A DNA stretch of 24,000 nucleotides from Pantoea ananatis LMG 2665 (GTDB lineage: Bacteria; Pseudomonadota; Gammaproteobacteria; Enterobacterales; Enterobacteriaceae). The stretch lies in NCBI RefSeq assembly GCF_000710035.2, contig NZ_JMJJ01000005.1, positions 1,122,145-1,146,144 on the forward strand. The letters are read 5' to 3'. Each line of letters opens with the position of its first letter. The stretch's first letter is position 1. Under the pieces are notes generated by a model that did not search any database, had not been told where the DNA came from, and saw nothing but the letters and a program-made list of their open reading frames with translations. This document shows, piece by piece, positions 17,473-24,000 of the stretch. The position numbers and the translations under genes were made by a program.

Positions 17473-17820
17473 AATAAAAAACGGGAGCTTTTCAAAAAGA
17501 AAAGAGAGATTGATTAACCATTTCATTCTGAAAGTGAAGATGTGAGGCAGTTAACGGTGAATGGATGTTGAGAAACTCAACAGTTTTGCTGAGGACGTAG
17601 ATCCGGGAAGATAAACACGGTTAACAAATACTTGTGATAAACATATCCACTTTTTCAAACACCTCGTTCTTATTAAACACTATTTTAACAAAGCGCAAAT
17701 AAACGCTGTACATTATTAATCCGTCTCTCAGGGTAAGATCTCACCTTCAGTGTCAATAAATGCAAAACCTTTAATTACGTAAAAACACTTCCCTCATCTT
17801 TATTCTTTTATTAATGAAGT

Positions 17821-17970
17821 TATAAAAACCAGAGAATGCCAGAAAAACAATTAACAAAAAAGTCATAATAAGAACAAAACAAATAACCCATAAAAAACAA
17901 CGGAATATTAAAAAAATAGCAACAACGACAATATAAAAACAATAATATCAAGACAAACAAAAAACACATC
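17821..17970 (+). other. strand-asymmetric A/C-rich, G/T-poor low-complexity tract within the porin upstream region
   Basis: Hand count over these 150 nt gives 94 A, 25 C, 20 T and 11 G on the plus strand. There are many AAC/AAA/ACA triplets and no ORF. Confidence 0.9.
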
Positions 17971-18138
17971 AGACCTTCTATTTAGACGCAGATCATACAA
18001 ACACAAATAAATCGAAATGGCAGGAAACTTATCATTGAATTCATACCGGATTGTCATTTAAAAATAGTGAGCCATTTAAGCGCGCCTCATCCATCAGTGG
18101 CTCTGGTTAATATAAAATAAAACTACAGGATTTCTCTC

Positions 18139-19242
18139 ATGAAACTTAAATTAGTTGCAGTGGCAGTAACTACATTGTTAGCAGCAGGTGTAACAAATGC
18201 TGCAGAAATCTATAACAAAGACGGTAATAAATTAGATCTTTACGGTAAAATGCAGGGATTGCACTATTTCAGCAGTGATAAAGGTGAGCGTGGTGATAAT
18301 TCATATGCTCGCCTCGGTGTAAAAGGGGAAACGCAGATCACCGACCAACTGACCGGGTTCGGTCAGTGGGAATACAACATGCAGGCGAACCGCGATGAAA
18401 AATCTGAGAGCCAGTCATGGACGCGCTTAGGCTTCGCGGGGCTCAAATACGGTGACTATGGTTCGTTTAACTACGGCCGTAACTACGGCGTGGTTTACGA
18501 TGTTACCTCCTGGACCGACGTGTTGCCGGAGTTTGGCGGCGACACCTATGGCTCCGATAATTTTATGCAACAACGTGCCAATGGCCTGGCGACCTACCGT
18601 AATACCGACTTCTTTGGCCTGGTATCCGGACTTAACTTTGCCTTACAGTATCAAGGCAGAAACGGCGGTGCTGATGGTGAAGGCAACAGTGTGACGAATA
18701 ATAACCGTAATGCTGCGAAGCAAAACGGCGACGGCTACGGTGCAGCAGTGACCTATGCCTCTCCTCTGGGCATAAATGCCGGTGTGGCCTATTCTCATTC
18801 CAAACGCACACTGGACCAGAACGGTCTGGCATTGGGTGAGGGTGATAATGCCGAAACGTATTCAGCCGCGCTGAAATACGATGCCAATGCCGTTTATCTG
18901 GCGGCACAATATACCCAAACCTACAATGCCACACGCGTTGGTAATGGCAACCCAGGTTTCGCCAACAAAGCACAGAATTTCGAAGTCGTTGCGCAGTATC
19001 AGTTCGACTTTGGTCTGCGCCCCAGCATCGCGTATCTGCAATCAAAAGGGAAAGATCTTGAAGGCTTTGGCGACCGGGATTTAGTGAAATATGTTGATTT
19101 AGGTGCGGCCTATTACTTCAACAAAAATATGTCAGCCATCATCGATTATAAAATCAACCTGCTGGATGAAACCGACTTCACTCAGGCAGCGGGCATTTCA
19201 ACTGACAATATTCTGGCCGTCGGCCTGGTTTATCAATTCTAA
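18139..19242 (+). CDS. ompC: general (OmpC/OmpF/PhoE-family) outer-membrane porin, OmpC-like
   Basis: 367 aa. Signal peptide [21 protein letters not shown], then [95 protein letters not shown] and a C-terminal LVYQF. These are near-identical blocks to E. coli OmpC as I recall it. The symbol is tentative because this could be an ompC paralogue. Confidence 0.9.
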   Translation: MKLKLVAVAVTTLLAAGVTNAAEIYNKDGNKLDLYGKMQGLHYFSSDKGERGDNSYARLGVKGETQITDQLTGFGQWEYNMQANRDEKSESQSWTRLGFAGLKYGDYGSFNYGRNYGVVYDVTSWTDVLPEFGGDTYGSDNFMQQRANGLATYRNTDFFGLVSGLNFALQYQGRNGGADGEGNSVTNNNRNAAKQNGDGYGAAVTYASPLGINAGVAYSHSKRTLDQNGLALGEGDNAETYSAALKYDANAVYLAAQYTQTYNATRVGNGNPGFANKAQNFEVVAQYQFDFGLRPSIAYLQSKGKDLEGFGDRDLVKYVDLGAAYYFNKNMSAIIDYKINLLDETDFTQAAGISTDNILAVGLVYQF

Positions 19243-19260
19243 TTCCGACGCACTCGTGTT

Positions 19261-19287
19261 AAGCCAGCTCTCAGAGCTGGCTTTTTT
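19261..19287 (+). terminator. rho-independent terminator of the porin gene
   Basis: Perfect 10-bp stem AAGCCAGCTC / GAGCTGGCTT, 3-nt loop, then TTTTTT. Confidence 0.9.
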
Positions 19288-19321
19288 ATCACCCGCATAT
19301 TTACCGCTCTGGGGTACAAGG

Positions 19322-19756
19322 ATGGTTTTGACAACATTTACCGGGCGTTGCCTTTGTGGTGAGTGTCAGTTCGCCGTCGAGATCGATGAACTGAACGTGC
19401 ATGCCTGTCATTGCACGTTGTGTCAAAAATGGTCAGGCGGGATTGCCATGTACATGGAAGCGGCCAGTGCGCCAGCATTACTCAGGCAGTCAGCCTCGCC
19501 CTCATGTTTCACCTCGTCTTTACAGGGTAAACGCTATTTTTGCCCCGGCTGTGGTTCTCCAATGTGGTTGTTGTTGACTGACAGCCAACGCTACTTTATT
19601 CCCTGGACACAGCTTGACCTGACTGAAGATGTGCAGCGCCGTCTGGTGCTGGCCGCTGAAATCTACACCGAGACTCAGCCTGCCTTCTGGCGCCTTACAG
19701 GGCAATATGCCCGCTTTAGTGGCAAAGCGTTCGAAGCCAGAATGCCGCACCGCTAA
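19322..19756 (+). CDS. GFA-family (glutathione-dependent formaldehyde-activating / CENP-V-like) zinc protein
   Basis: MVLTTFTGRCLCGECQF...HACHCTLCQKWSGG...FCPGCGSPMW carries the CxC / CHCxxC / CxxC zinc motifs of the GFA domain. The ATG at 19322 has AAGGA upstream. The track's 19103 start would run through the porin 3' end and terminator. Confidence 0.8.
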   Translation: MVLTTFTGRCLCGECQFAVEIDELNVHACHCTLCQKWSGGIAMYMEAASAPALLRQSASPSCFTSSLQGKRYFCPGCGSPMWLLLTDSQRYFIPWTQLDLTEDVQRRLVLAAEIYTETQPAFWRLTGQYARFSGKAFEARMPHR

Positions 19757-19918
19757 TCGGTTTCCTCAGCCATCCCTCATGCACTGACGCCAGCGGCGCA
19801 GTCACGTCACGTCACAGCAGTAAAGATCATCACGCCATCTTAACGACCTAATACGCTATCTGACCCGACAAGCGGACGAATGGCTATGTTGCCCTCGCCT
19901 GGCCTGATTCAGAGGCGC

Positions 19919-22900
19919 TTAGCGCTGCTTCGGTTTTAGTTTTTCGACCGCCTTCATCACTGAAAAATAGAACAGGGGTACAAAGAATATGGCCAGCAGC
20001 GTGCCGCTGATCATCCCACCAAATACGCCACTGCCGATCGCCTGCTGCGTTCTGGCACTTGCTCCGCTAGCCAGTATCAAAGGTACCACGCCCAGGGTAA
20101 AGGCCAGCGACGTCATCAGGATCGGGCGTAAACGCATCCGCGAGGCTTCCAGCGTTGCCTCAACCAGCCCTTTGCCGCCTTCGTGCATCTGTTTAGCAAA
20201 TTCGACAATCAGAATGGCATTTTTTGCCGACAGTCCAATAATCGTAATCATGCCAACTTTGAAGAATACGTCGTTCTGCATATCCATCAGGCTGACGGCA
20301 ATGACCGCGCCCAGCAGGCCAAGCGGCACGACCAGCATAACGGAGACCGGCACTGACCAGCTTTCATAAAGCGCCGCCAGCACCAGGAACACCACCAGCA
20401 TGGACAGCACCATCAGCATAGGCGCTTCAGAGGCCGATTGCTGCTCCTGTAACGAGCCACCGGTCCACTCTATTGCAAAACCTTCAGGCAGCTGTTTCGC
20501 CAGCCGGCTCATCTCGTTCAGCGCATCGCCACTTGAATAGCCGTGTGCGGGATTGCCGGTTATCTTGATTGACTGATAACCCTGATAACGAACCAGCTGC
20601 AACGGGGAGGTTTCCCACTCCGCATGAACAAACTCAGCGAGCGGTGCCATTCCGCCGGACGCATTGCGCACGTATAACCTGAGAATATCCTCGGGTTGCA
20701 TACGATATTTCGCATCGGCCTGAATGATGACCTGCTGCATACGATCGCTGTTGGGAAAATCATTGACGTAAAGCGAACCTATCGCGCCGGAAAGCGTCTG
20801 GCTGATCTCATCAAAAGCCACGCCCATCGCAAAGGCTTTTTGTCGATCGATATTAAGCCGGATCATCTGCCCATCGGGTAAGCCGTCAACGTACACATCC
20901 CGGACGACAGAACTTTTCGCCGCAAGCGCCAGCAACTGCTCTTCCGCCTTTTTCAGCGCCGCATAGCCTTTGCCGCCGCGATCCTGCAGGCGCAACGTAA
21001 AGCCCGATGAGTTCCCCAGCTCGTCAATAGCCGGGGGGATCAGATTAAAGGTTTCCGCTTCAGGATTCGCTGACATCACTTTCTGCGCGCGCGCGGCTTC
21101 AGAAAAGGCGGTGGCCCCCTGACGATCTTCCCATCCTTTTAAGGTGGTGAAAGCCATGGCGGAGTTAGGCCCGGAACCTGCAAAGCTGAACCCCATTATC
21201 GCGATAGTTGACTGCGTCGCCGGGCTTGAAAGCACCTGCTGTTCAAAAGCTTTTACCACGTTCAGCGTGCGTTCGCTGGTCGCGTCCGAGGGGAGCTGAA
21301 TGGAGGTCATAAAGTAGCCCTGATCCTCCTCCGGCAGAAACGAAGACGGCAGGTTTTTTATCGCCAGAAAGAACAGCAGGCACAGCGCCGCATAAACCGC
21401 TAACGCACCGCCTACCCGTTTTAATAAACGGCTTACGCCCTGGCCGTAAAGGTAAGTCATTGCTGCAAACTTATGGTTGAACCAGCCAAAGAAGCCTTTT
21501 TTCTGATGAGCATGCCGATCAACAGGTTTTAATAGCGTGGCACATAGCGCCGGCGTCAGGCTGAGCGCCAGGAAGGCGGAGATCAGGATAGAAACCGCCA
21601 TTGAGAGCGTAAACTGCCGGTATATCGCCCCAACGGAACCACTGGCCATCGCCATCGGGATAAAGACCGCGCTCAGGACCAGCGTAATCCCGATGACCGC
21701 ACCGGTAATCTCCTTCATCGCCTTTTGCGTTGCCGCTTTCGGGCCCAGCCCCTCTTCCGTCATGATTCGTTCGACGTTTTCCACCACCACTATCGCATCG
21801 TCAACGATGATTCCAATCGCCAGCACCATACCGAACATGGTTAATACGTTGACCGAGAATCCCGCCAGCAGCATCACGGTAAAGGTGCCCAGCAGCGCAA
21901 TCGGCGCAACAATCGCCGGGATAAAGGTATAGCGAACATTCTGTAAGAACAGATACATCACAAGGAAGACCAGTATCATGGCTTCGATAAAGGTATGAAT
22001 GACCTTCTCAATCGAGATCTTCACGAAGGGCGTCGTATCAAACGGAATGCTGTAAGCCATTCCCTCTGGCATAGCCTGACGCAGCTCGTTCAGACGGAGT
22101 TTGATCCGCTCTGCGGTTTTAACCGCATTGGCGCCTGGCGAAAGCTGAATCGCTGCCGCGGTAGAGACGCGTCCGTTTTCACGGGTGGCAAAACTGTAGG
22201 TTTGCGATCCGAGCTCAACCCGCGCCACGTCGCTCAGCACCACGCGAGATCCATCCGGATTGGCGCGCAGGGTAATACTAGCGAATTCCTGGGGTGAACC
22301 AAGCTGGCCTTTGACCAGTAGCGGATAGCTGACCTGCTGGCCAGCAACCGCCGGTGCGTCACCGGTCCGTCCGGGCGCGATCTGGGTATTTTCCGTGTTG
22401 ATTGCCCGACTGATATCGCTGACGGTCAGGCGATACTGGCTAAGCTTGACCGGATCGACCCAGACCCGCATCGCTTTCTCTGCGCCAAACAGCTGCACGC
22501 GGCCCACGCCTTCAATACGACGAAGCTCTTCCGTGATATTGCGTGAAAAGTAGTCGCTCAGATCGGCTTCAGTGAGTTTGCCATCTTTAGACGTCAGCCC
22601 GACGATCATCAAAAAGTTAGCGCCCGAGGCCTCAACGCTCAGGCCATTCTGCCGCACGGCCTGGGGCAGGCGCGGCTCAATCACTTTGATACGGTTTTGC
22701 ACATCAACCTGAGCCAGCTCAGGATCGGTGCCGGGCGCAAAAGTCACCGTAATGGATGCCATACCGCTGGTATCGCTGGACGATTCGTAATACAGCACGT
22801 GCTTTGCCGATGAAAGCTCACGCTCAATCAGCGCCACCACGCTGTTGTTCATGGTTTCCGGCGTTGATCCCGGATATGAGGCGGTGATGCTGATCGTCGG

Positions 22901-23020
22901 CGGTGCCACCGAGGGATAAAGCGCTACGGGTAATTTTGGAATGGAGAGCAGGCCAAACAAAATAATAAAAACGGCAATAACCCAGGCAAATACCGGTCGA
23001 TTAATAAAAAACTGAGGCAT
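19919..23020 (-). CDS. RND multidrug efflux permease (HAE1 family, AcrB/AcrD-like)
   Basis: 1033 aa. MPQFFINRPVFAWVIAVFIILFG..., FLVMYLFLQNVRYTFIPAIVAP, GIIVDDAIVVVENVERIM, AALYESWSVPVSVMLVVPLG, GLSAKNAILIVEFAKQ, RLRPILMTSLAFTLGVVPL. Collinear with E. coli AcrB/AcrD along its full length. Confidence 0.95.
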   Translation of the reverse strand: MPQFFINRPVFAWVIAVFIILFGLLSIPKLPVALYPSVAPPTISITASYPGSTPETMNNSVVALIERELSSAKHVLYYESSSDTSGMASITVTFAPGTDPELAQVDVQNRIKVIEPRLPQAVRQNGLSVEASGANFLMIVGLTSKDGKLTEADLSDYFSRNITEELRRIEGVGRVQLFGAEKAMRVWVDPVKLSQYRLTVSDISRAINTENTQIAPGRTGDAPAVAGQQVSYPLLVKGQLGSPQEFASITLRANPDGSRVVLSDVARVELGSQTYSFATRENGRVSTAAAIQLSPGANAVKTAERIKLRLNELRQAMPEGMAYSIPFDTTPFVKISIEKVIHTFIEAMILVFLVMYLFLQNVRYTFIPAIVAPIALLGTFTVMLLAGFSVNVLTMFGMVLAIGIIVDDAIVVVENVERIMTEEGLGPKAATQKAMKEITGAVIGITLVLSAVFIPMAMASGSVGAIYRQFTLSMAVSILISAFLALSLTPALCATLLKPVDRHAHQKKGFFGWFNHKFAAMTYLYGQGVSRLLKRVGGALAVYAALCLLFFLAIKNLPSSFLPEEDQGYFMTSIQLPSDATSERTLNVVKAFEQQVLSSPATQSTIAIMGFSFAGSGPNSAMAFTTLKGWEDRQGATAFSEAARAQKVMSANPEAETFNLIPPAIDELGNSSGFTLRLQDRGGKGYAALKKAEEQLLALAAKSSVVRDVYVDGLPDGQMIRLNIDRQKAFAMGVAFDEISQTLSGAIGSLYVNDFPNSDRMQQVIIQADAKYRMQPEDILRLYVRNASGGMAPLAEFVHAEWETSPLQLVRYQGYQSIKITGNPAHGYSSGDALNEMSRLAKQLPEGFAIEWTGGSLQEQQSASEAPMLMVLSMLVVFLVLAALYESWSVPVSVMLVVPLGLLGAVIAVSLMDMQNDVFFKVGMITIIGLSAKNAILIVEFAKQMHEGGKGLVEATLEASRMRLRPILMTSLAFTLGVVPLILASGASARTQQAIGSGVFGGMISGTLLAIFFVPLFYFSVMKAVEKLKPKQR

Positions 23021-23167
23021 GATTTACCCTGACTGAATATAAAAAAGATGAGGGCAGAAAACCGTCACCTGTTACGCTGTAAGCCACACACGTGTGCGTG
23101 CTTTTTAGAGTGAGACGCCAGTCTGTCAATTCATCGTGGTGGTAACTGGCTTGTTTGCTGTGTGCAT

Positions 23168-23455
23168 TTACGCCTCCTTTAGTCGGCGCAGCGCGGCCTT
23201 ATACAGGAGCCGGGTCACGCGCCCGCCCCGGCAGGCCAGCGCATTGGTGGTGACCGCCTCCCAGAACGGCGTCTGGGCGGTTCGCTCATGGCGATTAATC
23301 TTTTTCACAGGCCGATACATCGTCGCGATCACGCTTCTCCCCTTAACGCTTAACGCTTGCTGTAGCGGTGTGACGCCGGAAGGATGCAAACCGGTGGTGA
23401 ACAGCAGCAAAAATAAAAAGCAAAAACCGGACCTCACTAAATTACGCGGCGTCAT
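23168..23455 (-). CDS. hypothetical small protein with hydrophobic N-terminus (weak call)
   Basis: 95 codons from the internal ATG at 23455 (MTPRNLVRSGFCFLFLLLFTTGLHP...), with GAGAG ~11 nt upstream. No family recognised. Arg-rich with odd composition, and an equally long antisense ORF exists, so it may be non-coding. Confidence 0.3.
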   Translation of the reverse strand: MTPRNLVRSGFCFLFLLLFTTGLHPSGVTPLQQALSVKGRSVIATMYRPVKKINRHERTAQTPFWEAVTTNALACRGGRVTRLLYKAALRRLKEA

Positions 23456-23703
23456 CACGAATACTCTCAAATAATGCGCATTATTCCGGAGTGTACCCGC
23501 CTGACAATGACCTATTATGTAAAGTTTATGGAGAGAGTATGGATAGGTAAAAATAAAAAAACATCGCACACAGCGCAATATATTCGATAGACAATTTAAA
23601 AGCGCAGGACATAATATATGCTGAACTTTGACAGGGACAGAGATTATCAGGACACAAAATTACAAGGTATTCTCCTTTATTTTATCCCGGGAAAGGGTTT
23701 GAG

Positions 23704-24000
23704 ATGAAAATAGCTGAAAGTGAACGCGTCTTCATCAGGCGTTTTTTGCAACAGGATGCTCAGGGCCTGTTAAATTATTTATCCGCGCCTTATCCGGCCT
23801 GCTTTTTCGATGAGAAACTGGCCGATCTTGAGGCCGCCGTCAAGGAGGCGCGGAAAAGGAGCATTGACGCCACGCAGTTTGCCCTGTGTCTGCAACAGAC
23901 AGGCGACTTAATCGGTCATCTTTTTGCCTGTGATGACGAAGAACCGGATGCCCGTACCCGGAACGTGGGATGGTATCTGAATCCTGCCTATCAAGGCCAT
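23704..24000 (+). CDS. GNAT-family N-acetyltransferase (RimJ/RimL-like), 3' end outside window
   Basis: Open frame from ATG 23704 to the window edge (MKIAESERVFIRRFLQQDAQGLLNYLS...GDLIGHLFAC...NVGWYLNPAYQGH). The N-terminal pattern is typical of RimJ-type GNATs. An in-frame stop at 23629-23631 rules out a longer N-terminus with ATG. Confidence 0.6.
   Translation, partial: MKIAESERVFIRRFLQQDAQGLLNYLSAPYPACFFDEKLADLEAAVKEARKRSIDATQFALCLQQTGDLIGHLFACDDEEPDARTRNVGWYLNPAYQGH

Noticed and set aside
17640-17830. micF-like sRNA divergent from the OmpC-like porin
   Set aside because: I compared both strands by eye with the E. coli micF sequence as I remember it. Only short scattered matches appeared (TTTC-GAATG, TTACCC, CGGAT). 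There is no GCTATCATCATTAAC 5' end and no GC-rich terminator, so I cannot support a call. An Rfam covariance search would be decisive.
18632-19045. 137-aa minus-strand ORF inside the porin gene
   Set aside because: It is antisense to a porin gene with near-complete OmpC block conservation. The Arg/His/Cys-rich nonsense composition argues against coding.
17465-19292. 7-bp direct repeat TTATCAC at both ends of the AT-rich leader + porin segment as a target-site duplication
   Set aside because: A 7-mer is expected by chance more than once in 24 kb. The sequence right of 19292 does not continue the activator reading frame (a stop occurs within 16 codons), so this is not a simple insertion with duplication.
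19103-19321. Long N-terminal extension of the GFA ORF (track start 19103)
   Set aside because: It would overlap the last 140 nt of the porin gene and read through the strong porin terminator. The GFA domain begins right after the ATG at 19322, which has an AAGGA RBS.
19801-19815. (GTCAC)x3 micro-tandem repeat
   Set aside because: It is only 15 nt, in a convergent-gene spacer, with no associated structure or ORF. Most likely incidental.
23087-23096. CACACGTGTG palindrome upstream of the RND gene as operator or terminator
   Set aside because: As RNA it forms at most a ~5-bp stem with no U-run. As DNA, a 10-bp palindrome alone with no adjacent regulator gene is insufficient evidence. It is mentioned only in the RND finding.

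Overview
This is a 24-kb chromosomal stretch of an Enterobacterales-type genome. The OmpC-, BglG- and AcrB-like proteins are close to the E. coli proteins as I remember them; no finer taxonomic call is possible by eye.

Gene content, left to right:
- The 3' part of a siderophore ABC importer operon: binding protein, two FecCD permeases and an ATPase, all with overlapping stop/start codons.
- An IclR regulator divergent from a tight 4-gene operon: RraA-fold HMG/CHA-type aldolase, D-2-hydroxyacid dehydrogenase, SMP-30 lactonase and an ACS-family MFS transporter.
- A second, paralogous ACS MFS transporter, convergent to the first.
- A decayed bgl operon. The bglG antiterminator and both RAT/terminator riboregulators are intact, but bglF and the phospho-beta-glucosidase gene are collapsed into a ~190-nt deletion scar.
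- A signal-peptide-bearing ClpP-fold protease in a lower-GC islet.
- A quinone oxidoreductase with an HxlR regulator.
- A secreted parallel beta-helix protein.
- A flavodoxin-like NAD(P)H oxidoreductase with a LysR regulator.
- A C-terminal stub of a sigma54-type activator.
- A ~670-bp AT-rich leader followed by an OmpC-like porin.
- A GFA-family protein.
- An RND pump with no adaptor gene beside it.
- A small hypothetical ORF.
- The 5' part of a GNAT acetyltransferase.

I saw no tRNA/rRNA, CRISPR array, IS/transposase/integrase, or recognisable phage-defence or toxin-antitoxin genes.

The best candidate for an undescribed system is the IclR regulon. It is a dehydratase-free lactonase / dehydrogenase / aldolase / transporter module. 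Its 28-nt promoter-operator block (GTTTTAC-N3-GTAAAAC palindrome preceded by TGTACA) recurs in front of the second transporter 5.5 kb away.

All functional calls rest on motif-level recognition and remembered reference sequences. No searches or computations were run.
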